DNA of 64,000 bases from Gemmatimonadales bacterium (lineage in GTDB: Bacteria > Gemmatimonadota > Gemmatimonadetes > Gemmatimonadales > GWC2-71-9), in assembly GCA_044867445.1 (NCBI GenBank), contig JBIOUY010000116.1, positions 2,611-66,610 of the forward strand, written 5' to 3'. This document shows, in pieces, positions 1 to 9,068 of this stretch. Numbering within the stretch: the stretch's first letter is position 1; every line of letters begins with the position of its first letter. Below the pieces are notes generated by a model that saw only the letters and a list, made by a program, of their open reading frames with translations, did not search any database and had not been told where the DNA came from. Position numbers and translations under genes: made by a program.

Positions 1-749
1 CCCCGACGCTCGGCGTGTTCCAGGCTTTCCAGCACGACGACAGCACCGCCGTCGCCCAGGACGAACCCGTCTCTACCGAGGTCGAACGGGCGGCTCGCGG
101 TGGCGGGTGAGTCGTTGCGGGTGGAGAGCGCCTTCATGTTGGCAAAGGCGGCGACGGTGAGGCCGGTGATGGCGGCCTCAGCCCCGCCGGTCACCATAGC
201 GTCGGCGATGCCCTGCCGGATCAGATTGTAGGATTCCCCGATCGCGTGGGCCGAAGAGGCGCAGGCGGACACGGTGGCGAAGTTGGGGCCCTTGAGGCCG
301 TAGCGGATGGAGACCAGCCCAGCAGCGATATCCGGGATGAACATCGGCACGAAGAAGGGAGAGACCCGATCTGGACCCTTGGTGAGATACAGCATGCAGT
401 TGTCTTCGTACGTCTGCATGCCGCCAATCCCAGTGCCGATAACTACACCGGTACGGTCGGAGTTGGGGAAACGGTCTTCTAGGCCGGCCTGGGTGACCGC
501 TTGATGCGCGGCGGCGAGGGCAAGCTGGGCGAATAGATCGTAGCGCCTGGCCTCCTTGCGATCCATGTACTGGAGCGGGTCGAAGCCCTTGACCTCGCAG
601 GCGAACCGAACCGAGAGCTTCTGCGGATCGAACTTGGTGATGGGCGCGGCACCCGGAGTGCCGGCCAACAGCCCGTTCCAGGTGGAGGCTACATCAGTGC
701 CCACGGGAGTCACCAGGCCGAGCCCGGTGACGACAACACGACGTGACAA
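1..749 (-). CDS. fabF: 3-oxoacyl-ACP synthase II (FabF), N-terminal part; gene runs off the left window edge
   Basis: My reverse-strand translation reads LSRRVVVTGLGLVTPVGTDV ... GPNFATVSACASSAHAI ... LGDGGAVVVLESLEHAERRG (KAS II with active-site Cys). It follows acpP as in canonical fab clusters. The only start candidate is TTG at 749, 1 nt after the acpP stop. Confidence 0.85.
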   Translation of the reverse strand, partial: MSRRVVVTGLGLVTPVGTDVASTWNGLLAGTPGAAPITKFDPQKLSVRFACEVKGFDPLQYMDRKEARRYDLFAQLALAAAHQAVTQAGLEDRFPNSDRTGVVIGTGIGGMQTYEDNCMLYLTKGPDRVSPFFVPMFIPDIAAGLVSIRYGLKGPNFATVSACASSAHAIGESYNLIRQGIADAMVTGGAEAAITGLTVAAFANMKALSTRNDSPATASRPFDLGRDGFVLGDGGAVVVLESLEHAERR

Positions 750-750
750 G

Positions 751-990
751 CTATTTCCCGATCTTCTCGTGGAGATAATTCATCGCGTCACCGACGGTCC
801 GCAGCTTTTCCGCGTCCTCATCCGGGATGTCGATGTCGAACTCCTTCTCGAACGCCATGACGAGCTCCACCGTGTCCAGGCTGTCGGCGCCGAGGTCCTC
901 CATGAAGCTGGCCTCGTTGGTCAACTTCTCCCGCTCGACGCCCAGCTCCTCGACGATGATGTCCTTGACCTTCTCTTCGACGTTGCTCAT
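751..990 (-). CDS. acpP: acyl carrier protein
   Basis: ORF 751..1110 trimmed to the internal [21 protein letters not shown]...[16 protein letters not shown] contains the DSL phosphopantetheine-Ser motif. Length 79 aa. Confidence 0.95.
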   Translation of the reverse strand: MSNVEEKVKDIIVEELGVEREKLTNEASFMEDLGADSLDTVELVMAFEKEFDIDIPDEDAEKLRTVGDAMNYLHEKIGK

Positions 991-1021
991 GTCGTCCTCA
1001 GTTGGAGATTCAGGAGTTCCA

Positions 1022-1762
1022 TCACATGACCATCCCGCCATCGACCACCAGTACTTGTCCCGTGATGTAGCTCGCCAGACTCGAGGCGAGGAACAGCACG
1101 GCTCCGGCAATGTCCTCGGGCTGTCCCAGCCGGCCGAGTGCGATGTCCTCTAATAATGAGGCCCGCGCCGCATCGGGCAAGGCGCTGGTCATCTCGGTAT
1201 CGATGAATCCCGGCGCGATGCAATTCACCAGAATTCCCCTGCTGGCATACTCCCGCGCAACTGACTTGGTGAAGCCGATCAGACCGGACTTGCTCGCGGC
1301 GTAGTTGGCCTGCCCTTTGTTGCCGGTGAGGCCAACCACGCTGGTGATGGTGATGATCCGCCCGGAGCGCCGTTTCATCATGCCTTTGATCACAGCCCGG
1401 GTGGTGTGAAATGCGCCCTTCAGATTGGCATCGAGCACGGCATCCCAGTCGGCCTCGGACAGCCGGAGCAGGATGTTATCCCGAGTGATGCCGGCATTGT
1501 TCACCAACACGTCAATGGGGCCAAGCCCCGCCTCCGCGGCGGCCACAGCGGCCTCGACCTGGTCAGCTTGGGCGATATCACAGCTCAGGCCCTGGGCCTT
1601 CTCACCCATCTCGGCCGCCACCGCCTGTGCCCGCGCCGCATCTCGTCCCACGATCGCCACCCGAGCGCCCGCGTCGTACAGGGAACGCGCAATGGCGAGC
1701 CCGATGCCCCGGGTGCTGCCGGTGACGAAGGCGGTCTGGCCGGTCAAGTCGATGGTGATCAC
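1022..1762 (-). CDS. fabG: 3-oxoacyl-ACP reductase (SDR family)
   Basis: ORF 1022..1837 trimmed to GTG 1762, which is preceded by GGAG. Motifs [12 protein letters not shown] and YAASK are the SDR signature. The upstream part of the ORF only translates the repeat element. Confidence 0.9.
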   Translation of the reverse strand: MITIDLTGQTAFVTGSTRGIGLAIARSLYDAGARVAIVGRDAARAQAVAAEMGEKAQGLSCDIAQADQVEAAVAAAEAGLGPIDVLVNNAGITRDNILLRLSEADWDAVLDANLKGAFHTTRAVIKGMMKRRSGRIITITSVVGLTGNKGQANYAASKSGLIGFTKSVAREYASRGILVNCIAPGFIDTEMTSALPDAARASLLEDIALGRLGQPEDIAGAVLFLASSLASYITGQVLVVDGGMVM

Positions 1763-1780
1763 AGGTCTCCTTTCAGACAG

Positions 1781-1845
1781 CGTGAAACGTGAACCGTGAA
1801 ACCTGAAGGCGGTAAGGTCGACCCTTTCACGTTTCACGTTTCACG
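1781..1845. repeat. heptad-periodic quasi-palindrome 1 (unit CGTGAAA), fabD|fabG spacer
   Basis: Left arm cgtgaaacgtgaaccgtgaaacc (1781-1803). Right arm cctttcacgtttcacgtttcacg (1823-1845), whose reverse complement is cgtgaaacgtgaaacgtgaaagg. One mismatch in 21 nt. The fabD TGA (1841-1843) lies inside the right arm. Confidence 0.85.
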
Positions 1846-2770
1846 TAGTCACAAACCGCTCCACCTCGTCCGCCGTCCCCAACGTCATCGACGCCGCGTG
1901 GGGCAGAATTCGCTTGAGCAGCCCGCTCAAAACTGCTCCCGGCCCGACTTCGACGAACATGGCGTCCGGAGCAATCAGCTCCGCGCTCCGCATGCACGCC
2001 ACCCACCGGAGCGGCGCGGTGAGCTGATCCACCAGCAGCCGCTTGGCATCCGTCCCGGTGCGAACCGGTTCGGCGCTCGCGTTGGCGATGACAGGAAACA
2101 CCGGATCGGCGAAGGCAGCACCGGAGAGGGCGTCGTGCAGTCCATCGACTGCCGGCACCATCAACGGTGAATGAAACGCACCGCTCACCTTGAGCGGCAC
2201 GACCCGTTTGGCGCCACGCGCCTTGCAGTGCTCGCCGGCGCGCTGGATCGCCGCCGGGTCGCCGGATATCACGGTCTGATCCGGGGCGTTGAGATTGGCC
2301 GCGACCGCGATTCCACCTTCGTGCGAAGCCTCATTACACGCCGCCTCCACCTCGGCGGTGGCAAGACCGAGAACCGCTGCCATGCTGCCGGGGCGGCGCT
2401 GCCCGGCGGTGTACATGAGCTCACCCCGGCGCCGCACCAGACGCGCCGCGTCGGTCGCACTCAAGGTGCCCGCGGCGACATGGGCACTGTATTCGCCCAG
2501 GCTGTGTCCTGCCGCCGCGCGGACATCGGTGAGGCGGTCGCGGATGATGGCGAGCACTGCCGCCGAATGGGCGAGAATGGCGGGCTGCGCGTTGTGGGTG
2601 AGGGTGAGCTCGTCTTCCGGCCCCTGCCACATGATCCGGGAGAGCGAGACGCCGAGCGCTTCATCGATGGCGGCAAAGGTGGCCCGGGCGGCGGGAAACC
2701 GTTCGGCCAGATCCTTTCCCATCCCCACCCGTTGCGACCCCTGGCCAGGACACATCAGAACGATCACCAC
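1841..2770 (-). CDS. fabD: malonyl-CoA:ACP transacylase
   Basis: 309 aa. Contains CPGQGSQRVGMG and the GHSLGEYSA active-site Ser motif. Lies between fabH and fabG. Confidence 0.92.
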   Translation of the reverse strand: MVIVLMCPGQGSQRVGMGKDLAERFPAARATFAAIDEALGVSLSRIMWQGPEDELTLTHNAQPAILAHSAAVLAIIRDRLTDVRAAAGHSLGEYSAHVAAGTLSATDAARLVRRRGELMYTAGQRRPGSMAAVLGLATAEVEAACNEASHEGGIAVAANLNAPDQTVISGDPAAIQRAGEHCKARGAKRVVPLKVSGAFHSPLMVPAVDGLHDALSGAAFADPVFPVIANASAEPVRTGTDAKRLLVDQLTAPLRWVACMRSAELIAPDAMFVEVGPGAVLSGLLKRILPHAASMTLGTADEVERFVTT

Positions 2771-3756
2771 CGGACGACGGAACTCCCCCAGGTGAATCCC
2801 GCCCCAAAGGCCACCAGCAGGAGAAGAGAACCCCGCTGAACTCGTCCCTCGCTCAGCGCCTGGTCAATGGCCAGGGGAATGGACGCCGAAGAGGTGTTGC
2901 CGAAGCGATCGAGGTTCACCATCACCTTCGACATTGGCATGCCGGCGTGCTTGGCGGTGGCTTCGATGATCCGGAGATTGGCTTGATGAGGCACCAGGAG
3001 ATCGATCTGCTCCGCCGTGATCCCAGCCTGCCGAAGGGCTTGATCGCAGGCATCGGCCATGGCGAGCACTGCTGCCTTGAAGACCTCACGGCCGGCCATC
3101 TTCATGTAGTGCGACCGTTCACAAACCACCTTCTCACTGATGGGCTCGGCCGCGCCACCGCCGGGCCGGTACAACAGGGGCGCGAGCCGGCCGTCGGACT
3201 TGATAAAGGTGGAGAGAATTCCCCTCCCGTCTCCGGACGTCTTCCGCACCACCGAGGCCCCTGCGCCATCACCGAACAGGATTGCCGTGGACCGGTCCTG
3301 AAAGTCGGTGATGGTAGAAAGCTTCTCGGCTCCGACGACGAGCACCGTCTCACTCTGACCGCTCGCGATCAGCCCTTCGGCTATTGTCAGGCCGTAGATG
3401 TATCCCGGGCACGCCGCGCCCACATCGAAGGCCGCCGCGTTATGCGCGCCGATCAGAGCCTGGAGATCGCATGCGGTCGATGGGAGCAGCCGGTCAGGGC
3501 TGGCGGTCGCCAGTACGATGCTGTCGATATCGGCTGCGGTGACGCCCGCCTGCGCGAGCGCTTTTTCGCTGGCCTCGCGTCCGAGTGACGCGACCGATTG
3601 CTCCGGGCCCGCGATGTGGCGCTCACGGATACCGGTGCGCTCGACGATCCACTGATCTGAGGTATCGAGCGTGCGACTGAGATCGTGATTGGTCACCACG
3701 TGGGGGGGAACGGCAACGCCAACGCTGGCCACTTCTACGTAAGGACGCGAGCTCAT
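2764..3756 (-). CDS. fabH: 3-oxoacyl-ACP synthase III
   Basis: ORF 2764..3882 trimmed to ATG 3756 (ATGA overlap with the plsX stop). Motifs AACPGYIYGL (Cys), HQANLRI and GNTSSASIP. Confidence 0.92.
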   Translation of the reverse strand: MSSRPYVEVASVGVAVPPHVVTNHDLSRTLDTSDQWIVERTGIRERHIAGPEQSVASLGREASEKALAQAGVTAADIDSIVLATASPDRLLPSTACDLQALIGAHNAAAFDVGAACPGYIYGLTIAEGLIASGQSETVLVVGAEKLSTITDFQDRSTAILFGDGAGASVVRKTSGDGRGILSTFIKSDGRLAPLLYRPGGGAAEPISEKVVCERSHYMKMAGREVFKAAVLAMADACDQALRQAGITAEQIDLLVPHQANLRIIEATAKHAGMPMSKVMVNLDRFGNTSSASIPLAIDQALSEGRVQRGSLLLLVAFGAGFTWGSSVVRW

Positions 3757-4766
3757 GACTGAGCGGCCGCTTCGCGCTGGGAGAATTCCGCAGCAATATG
3801 CTGGTTGAGGCCCGCCTTGACGGCCTGGACCGCCACTCGGATGGCATTCTTGATGGCGTTGGGGGTGGAGGCGCCGTGGCAAATGATGGAGACGCCCCGT
3901 ACGCCGAGCAGCGGTGCCCCGCCATACTCGGAGTAATCCAGCACTCGGACCAGCTCCTGGACCGGCCCGCGTTCGAACACGTCGGGCGCCCGGTCCTTCA
4001 TCAGACCGACGAACACCCGAGCCGCTGCCTCATAAAACTTGAGCACCACGTTGCCCACAAACCCGTCGCACACCACCACGTCCACCGGGATTCGCCGCTG
4101 AGGTCCCGGCAAGATATCGCGGCCCTCGATGTTGCCGGCGTAATTGATCCGAGGCGCCTGCTTGAGGAGTTGGTGCGCTTCGCGCACCGCGGCCGTCCCC
4201 TTTTCCTCTTCTTCACCGATGTTGAGGAGTCCGACACTCGGATTGGAGCGGCCGAGGAGGTCTCGCATGTAGATGGTGCCGAGATAGGCGAAGCCGACCA
4301 ATTCACGGGGAGAACAGTCGAGATTGGCGCCGGCGTCGAGGACCAGCACCGGTTCGGAGCCGGTTGGAAACGGGGTCGCAACCGTGGCCCGTTCGACCCC
4401 ATCGTGCAGGCCAAGCAGCACGGTCGAGGCGGCCAGCGTAGCTCCGGTATTGCCGGCCGACACGAAGGCATCGGAGCGCCCAGCCTTCTGGAGCCCCAGA
4501 CCCACGACGATGCTGGACTGCGGCTTGCGCCGCACGGCGGTGAGCGGCTTCTCGTTCATGCCGATAACATCAGCCGCCTCGTGAATCTCGAGGCGGCTAC
4601 GGTCGATCCCGACATGCCTGGTGAGCACGGCCTCGATGCTATCGGAGCGCCCAACCAGCTGGACGATGAAGTCGTTGGTGAGACTGCTCAGCGCCTGGAG
4701 GGCGCCAGCGATCTCCGCCTGCGGCGCGCTGTCGCCCCCCATCGCGTCCACCGCGACGCGGATCAC
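3753..4766 (-). CDS. plsX: phosphate acyltransferase PlsX
   Basis: ORF 3753..4856 trimmed to GTG 4766, 2 nt after the rpmF stop. VIRVAVDAMGGDSAPQ N-terminus. Conserved rpmF-plsX-fabH order. Confidence 0.9.
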   Translation of the reverse strand: MIRVAVDAMGGDSAPQAEIAGALQALSSLTNDFIVQLVGRSDSIEAVLTRHVGIDRSRLEIHEAADVIGMNEKPLTAVRRKPQSSIVVGLGLQKAGRSDAFVSAGNTGATLAASTVLLGLHDGVERATVATPFPTGSEPVLVLDAGANLDCSPRELVGFAYLGTIYMRDLLGRSNPSVGLLNIGEEEEKGTAAVREAHQLLKQAPRINYAGNIEGRDILPGPQRRIPVDVVVCDGFVGNVVLKFYEAAARVFVGLMKDRAPDVFERGPVQELVRVLDYSEYGGAPLLGVRGVSIICHGASTPNAIKNAIRVAVQAVKAGLNQHIAAEFSQREAAAQS

Positions 4767-4768
4767 GC

Positions 4769-4951
4769 TCAGGCGTCCTCGACCTCGACCCGCTTCTTGC
4801 CCCCATAGTAGCCGCAGGAATCGCAGACCCGATGCGAGAGCTTGGGCGAGCCGCATCGGGGACAGGCTTGGGTGAGAGGTCCCGCCGCCGAATGATGCCC
4901 GCGACGCAGACGTTTCCGAGACTTCGAGGTTCGACGCTTGGGAACGGCCAT
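4769..4951 (-). CDS. rpmF: 50S ribosomal protein L32
   Basis: 60 aa starting [19 protein letters not shown], with zinc-ribbon cysteines CPRCG...CDSCG. Confidence 0.95.
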   Translation of the reverse strand: MAVPKRRTSKSRKRLRRGHHSAAGPLTQACPRCGSPKLSHRVCDSCGYYGGKKRVEVEDA

Positions 4952-4958
4952 GTTGTCC

Positions 4959-5432
4959 TCAAACAGGTTCGGCGGGGGAACAGCCGCAGGGCCCCGCGTT
5001 CAGATCGGCCCCGCATCTGGGACAGAGGCCGGCACAGTCCTCACGACACAGGAGAAGGTGGCCCTGCACTGCCAGCGCCAGCTCCTCCCGCACCACATCG
5101 GCGAGATCCACCGCCTTCGCCCGCTCGGGGAGGGGGTAATAATCGGGATCGTCGGCCGCGTCGGGATCGGTGGTAAAGACCGCCGCGTCCACATCCACAT
5201 CGACCTCGCTCAGCACCTCGGCCAGGCATCGGCGGCAGTCACCCCGCACCACAGCATGGACGTGCCCGCGCCAGAGGTACTCCCCATCTCCGGTGGCCTG
5301 CAACTGCCCCCTCACAGCCACTGGTCCGACCAACGCGAGGTCCAGTCCGGCGAACGCCGAATCGTCGGGTGCGAGCTCGCCATCAGTCCGGACCGGCCCC
5401 CGCTGGAGGTCCCGGATATCCACTCGCAGCAT
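4959..5432 (-). CDS. YceD/DUF177 family protein (large-subunit ribosomal accumulation factor)
   Basis: 157-aa acidic protein with a C-terminal Cys cluster ([19 protein letters not shown]). Sits directly upstream of rpmF, the conserved position of YceD. Confidence 0.8.
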   Translation of the reverse strand: MLRVDIRDLQRGPVRTDGELAPDDSAFAGLDLALVGPVAVRGQLQATGDGEYLWRGHVHAVVRGDCRRCLAEVLSEVDVDVDAAVFTTDPDAADDPDYYPLPERAKAVDLADVVREELALAVQGHLLLCREDCAGLCPRCGADLNAGPCGCSPAEPV

Positions 5433-5440
5433 AGCCGCTT

Positions 5441-5469
5441 AAACTAGTCACGACAATAACTTGGGTCAA
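5441..5469 (-). promoter_or_regulatory. candidate sigma-70-type promoter for the yceD-rpmF-plsX-fab operon
   Basis: The minus strand reads TTGACC (5469-5464), a 17-nt spacer, then TAGTTT (5446-5441). The ATG of yceD follows only 8 nt after the -10 element, so a very short or leaderless transcript is possible. This is the only AT-richer stretch in the spacer. Confidence 0.35.
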
Positions 5470-5479
5470 GGCGGAAGGA

Positions 5480-5588
5480 CGTGAAAGGTGACAGGTGAGA
5501 GGTGAAAGGGCGGCTCAGATTCACCCTTCACGTCTCAACCCTCACGGCTCAGGTCTCCCCTTTTACGTCTCACCTTTCACCTTTCACG
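5480..5588. repeat. heptad-periodic quasi-palindrome 2 (units GTGAAAG/GTGACAG/GTGAGAG), ndk|yceD spacer
   Basis: 5480-5510 cgtgaaaggtgacaggtgagaggtgaaaggg matches the reverse complement of 5558-5588 at 28 of 31 positions. An inner competing copy cccttcacgtctcaaccctcac lies at 5524-5545. cggctcag is duplicated at 5511 and 5545. Confidence 0.85.
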
Positions 5589-5598
5589 CTTTACCCCC

Positions 5599-6021
5599 TC
5601 AATCCCACAGCCCCGCGAGCTCTCCCTCGCTGAAGAAGAATCCCACCTCTCGGGCGGCGTTTTCCAGGCTGTCAGAGGCATGAATGGCGTTCTTACCCTT
5701 GGATTCGGCGTACAGCTTCCGAATCGTTCCCGGGGCCGCCTCCGCCGGGTCCGTGGCACCGATCACAGCCCGGAGGAAGTTGACCGCATCCTCCCGCTCC
5801 AATGCCATGGGCAAGCAGGGTCCGCTAGTCATGAATTCGACGAGGTCGGCATAAAACGGCCGCCCCCGGTGAACGGCGTAGAAGGCGCCCGCTTCGGCGC
5901 GGCTCAGCCGAACCAGTCGAGCGGCGCGCAGGCTGAACCCCGCCTGTTCCAGATGGGCGATGATCTTTCCCGTGGTACCCGAGCCTATGGCATCCGGTTT
6001 CACGATCCCGAGCGTCAGCAA
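5599..6021 (-). CDS. ndk: nucleoside-diphosphate kinase
   Basis: ORF 5599..6141 trimmed. Its first 40 codons only translate the GTGAGAA repeat ([14 protein letters not shown]). TTG 6021 gives 140 aa, LLTLGIVKPDAIG ... NAIHASDS (active-site His). Confidence 0.85.
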   Translation of the reverse strand: MLTLGIVKPDAIGSGTTGKIIAHLEQAGFSLRAARLVRLSRAEAGAFYAVHRGRPFYADLVEFMTSGPCLPMALEREDAVNFLRAVIGATDPAEAAPGTIRKLYAESKGKNAIHASDSLENAAREVGFFFSEGELAGLWD

Positions 6022-6036
6022 AGCAGAGCCCCCAAG

Positions 6037-6158
6037 AAAGTGAGAAGTAAGAAGTGAGAAGTGAGAAGTGAGAAGTGAGAAGTGAGAAGTGCCCCGCCGC
6101 TCCCGCCGGCGAAGCCACCCGCCGTTCCCGCCGCGCCTCACTTCTTACTTCTCACTTT
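6037..6158. repeat. heptad-periodic quasi-palindrome 3 (unit GTGAGAA), EIIA-CBS|ndk spacer
   Basis: 6040-6091 holds 7.4 tandem GTGAGAA/GTAAGAA units. 6137-6158 ctcacttcttacttctcacttt is the perfect reverse complement of 6037-6058 (22 bp). The loop is GC-rich. Confidence 0.9.
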
Positions 6159-7060
6159 ACTGCTCCCAGCACCTTCCGCACGATGTCCGCCCGGGTGAGA
6201 AAGCCGCGCAGGATGCCATCCTGCACCACCGGGACTCGTTCCACATCTTTGCTTGCGAGGAGCTGGGCGACCTCCGCCACCGACTGCTCCTCGGAGACGC
6301 AGAGGACATTGCGGGCCATCACCTCTCGCACCGGTGTGCTTCGCGGATCAGCGGCGGCTTTCACTCTAGCCGCTCCGGCCGGCACCTCACCGGTTGTCAT
6401 CCGCTGGACGTAGGCAGGCACCAGGTACCGGAGCAGTTCCCGATGAGAGAGCATGCCCACCAGCTCTCCCGACTCCGCCACGACCGGGACCGCACCCATC
6501 TGGCTGCTCACGAGAAGCTGTGCAGCCTCAGCCAGCGAGGTCTCCGGCTGCACCGCGGTGATCCGAGCCATCATGATATCCCGCACCAGCAACTGGCCGT
6601 GGAGCTCGATGTCCCGGAGGGTCGGCAGCGACAGAACCTCCTCGGACGAGCGAGCCGCCAGCAGCTGCTCCGCCACCTCAGGACGGGCCAGGGCACGAGC
6701 AAAGGCCGCCACCGTCTGCAGGTAGGCTGCTGCTTCACCGGGCGGGGCCACGATCAGGAGAATCATCGGCAACGCGGCAGTGCCGAGCTCCCGTCCGCTC
6801 ATCGGCTCCCGCGCGATGCCCAGCGCCACCACCAACGAGGGGACAGCATCGGTTCGGAAATGCGGCAGCCAGGCATGCGGCCCGATGCTCATGGTGTCTT
6901 CCGGCCAGCTTTCCCTGATCACCTCCTCCAGCCTGTGGGGATCGCTCACCCGGCCGTCCGCTTGGCATGCATCGATCAGGAGACGCATGCCCTCCTCCAG
7001 TGTGGTCGCGGGTAGCGGCACGATCACTCGGCGGGGACTGAGGAGGTCAGTGAGTCTCAC
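6152..7060 (-). CDS. fusion protein: PTS EIIA type-2 (PtsN-like) domain plus tandem CBS pair
   Basis: 302 aa. The N-terminal half resembles EIIA-2 ([12 protein letters not shown] His loop, [15 protein letters not shown]). The C-terminal half has two CBS repeats ([12 protein letters not shown]...; [12 protein letters not shown]...VPVV). GTG start overlaps the sucD stop (GTGA). Confidence 0.75.
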   Translation of the reverse strand: MRLTDLLSPRRVIVPLPATTLEEGMRLLIDACQADGRVSDPHRLEEVIRESWPEDTMSIGPHAWLPHFRTDAVPSLVVALGIAREPMSGRELGTAALPMILLIVAPPGEAAAYLQTVAAFARALARPEVAEQLLAARSSEEVLSLPTLRDIELHGQLLVRDIMMARITAVQPETSLAEAAQLLVSSQMGAVPVVAESGELVGMLSHRELLRYLVPAYVQRMTTGEVPAGAARVKAAADPRSTPVREVMARNVLCVSEEQSVAEVAQLLASKDVERVPVVQDGILRGFLTRADIVRKVLGAVK

Positions 7061-7932
7061 ATGCGCGACCGCAGCAGCTCGACGACGTCGACCGGCCGCC
7101 GCATCACTGCGATCCCTGCAGCCCCGAACGCGGCGAGCTTTTCCTCTGCGGTTCCCGAGGAACCGGAGATGATGGCACCGGCATGACCCATGCGCCGCCC
7201 CTTGGGGGCGGTCTGCCCGGCGATGAAGCCGATGACCGGCTTGGTGACCCGCTCCTTGACGAATCCAGCCGCGTGCTGCTCGTCAGTCCCGCCGATTTCG
7301 CCGATCATGACGATCGCTTCGGTGGCAGAATCGTCTTGAAACGCCCGGAGACAATCGATGAAGTTGGTGCCGATGATAGGATCGCCGCCGATGCCGACGC
7401 AGGTACTTTGGCCGATACCGTTGCGGGTGAGATGATTGACCACTTCGTAGGTGAGGGTCCCGCTGCGCGAGACCAACCCGATCCGGCCGGGCGCGCAGAT
7501 ATTGCCCGGGATGATTCCCACCTTGCTGGCACCTGGAGTAATGAGCCCGGGACAGTTCGGCCCAATCAGCCTGCTGCCACGCGACCGGACGAACGGCATC
7601 GCGCGGGCCATGTCCATGACCGGCACGCCTTCGGTGATGCACACGATGAGCGCGATCCCCGCATCGGCCGCTTCCATGATCGCTCCGGCGGCCATGGCCG
7701 GCGGCACGTAGATGACCGAGGTGTTGGCGCCGGTCTGCGATACCGCCTCGGCCACGGTGTTGAACACCGGGACCTTGCCGTCGAACTGCTGACCACCCTT
7801 TCCCGGCGTTACGCCGGCAACAATGCCGCCTCCCCCACCGTACTCCAGCATCTGCCGCGCGTGGAACGAGCCTTCCCGGCCGGTAATCCCCTGCACCAGC
7901 ACGCGGGTGTCGCGATCCACAAAGATGCTCAC
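7057..7932 (-). CDS. sucD: succinyl-CoA ligase subunit alpha
   Basis: 291 aa. Contains SRSGTLTYE and the [10 protein letters not shown] phosphohistidine loop. GTGA overlap with the sucC stop. Confidence 0.95.
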   Translation of the reverse strand: MSIFVDRDTRVLVQGITGREGSFHARQMLEYGGGGGIVAGVTPGKGGQQFDGKVPVFNTVAEAVSQTGANTSVIYVPPAMAAGAIMEAADAGIALIVCITEGVPVMDMARAMPFVRSRGSRLIGPNCPGLITPGASKVGIIPGNICAPGRIGLVSRSGTLTYEVVNHLTRNGIGQSTCVGIGGDPIIGTNFIDCLRAFQDDSATEAIVMIGEIGGTDEQHAAGFVKERVTKPVIGFIAGQTAPKGRRMGHAGAIISGSSGTAEEKLAAFGAAGIAVMRRPVDVVELLRSRM

Positions 7933-9068
7933 GCCGCCTCCCGGGCGAGCTTGACCGCCTGCGCGACCGCTTGGTCCATGTCGCTAAGCGCACGCATCCC
8001 GACACCCTCCAGGATCCGGATCGCTTCGGCCTCGTTGGTCCCGGTAAGGCGGATGACGATCGGCACACTCACTTTGAATTGGCGGAGGGCAGCCACGATT
8101 CCGTTGGCCACATCGTCGGTTCGAGTGATGCCGCCGAAGATGTTGAACAGGATCGAGCGCACATTGGAGTCGGTGGTGATGATCTTGAGCGCGTGGATCA
8201 CCTTTTCGGGGTTCGAGCCGCCTCCGATATCGAGAAAATTGGCGGGTTCTCCGCCGTAGTACTTCACCAGGTCCATGGTCGCCATGGCGAGGCCCGCGCC
8301 GTTGACCACACAGCCGACGTTGCCGTCCAGCTTGATGAACGACAGGTTGGCCCGCCGGGCGGCCACCTCGCTCGGCTCCTCCGCGGTCTCATCGCGCAAC
8401 AGCGCGAGATCGGGGCGGCGGTCGAGCTCGTTATCGTCGATCACAATTTTGGCGTCGAGCGCCAGGACTCGTCCGTCTGGGGTGGTGACCAGAGGATTGA
8501 TCTCAGCGAGTGAGGCCCCATTGCCGGTAAAGACGGTATAGAGCTGCTCCATGATCCGAGCCGCAGCCCGGACGTGGGCGAACTCACGGTACAAGGAGAA
8601 CGCGAGAGTCAGGGCCTGGTGTGGCAGCAGACCATACACCGGATCCACCGGCAGCCGAATGATCTTCTCCGGGGTCTTGGCCGCCACCTCTTCGATATCG
8701 ATTCCTCCGGCGGCGCTCACCATGAATACCGGTCGCTGGGTCTCGCGATCCATGATCAGACCGACGTAGCTCTCGGTCACGATGTCGGCCGCGGGAACCA
8801 CCAGCACCTTGTGGACCGTGAGGTCCTTGATGGTCATGCCGAGGATCTGGGAGGCATAATCGGCCGCCTCCGCCGGACTGCGGGCCAGCTTGACCCCGCC
8901 TGCCTTTCCCCGTCCGCCGGCGTGCACCTGCGCCTTGATCACGACGGTGCCACCGATCCGGCGGGCGATCGATTCCGCTTCGCTGGGTGTGGACGCTACA
9001 TCGCCATCGAACATCGGAACGCCCGCCGTCTTGAGCAGGGTGCGGGCCTGATATTCGTGTAGGTTCAC
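7929..9068 (-). CDS. sucC: succinyl-CoA ligase subunit beta
   Basis: 379 aa. [13 protein letters not shown]-terminus with ATP-grasp fold. Followed by sucD. Confidence 0.95.
   Translation of the reverse strand: MNLHEYQARTLLKTAGVPMFDGDVASTPSEAESIARRIGGTVVIKAQVHAGGRGKAGGVKLARSPAEAADYASQILGMTIKDLTVHKVLVVPAADIVTESYVGLIMDRETQRPVFMVSAAGGIDIEEVAAKTPEKIIRLPVDPVYGLLPHQALTLAFSLYREFAHVRAAARIMEQLYTVFTGNGASLAEINPLVTTPDGRVLALDAKIVIDDNELDRRPDLALLRDETAEEPSEVAARRANLSFIKLDGNVGCVVNGAGLAMATMDLVKYYGGEPANFLDIGGGSNPEKVIHALKIITTDSNVRSILFNIFGGITRTDDVANGIVAALRQFKVSVPIVIRLTGTNEAEAIRILEGVGMRALSDMDQAVAQAVKLAREAA

Noticed and set aside
5599-6141. N-terminal extensions that translate the repeats. Examples are [14 protein letters not shown] on ndk, [23 protein letters not shown] on mdh at 42130-42279, and small ORFs at 13917-14256, 40364-40788 and 5825-6118.
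   Set aside because: The peptide periodicity simply mirrors the 7-nt DNA repeat read in three frames. Conserved protein cores begin downstream at starts with an appropriate SD or spacing. No independent coding signal is present.
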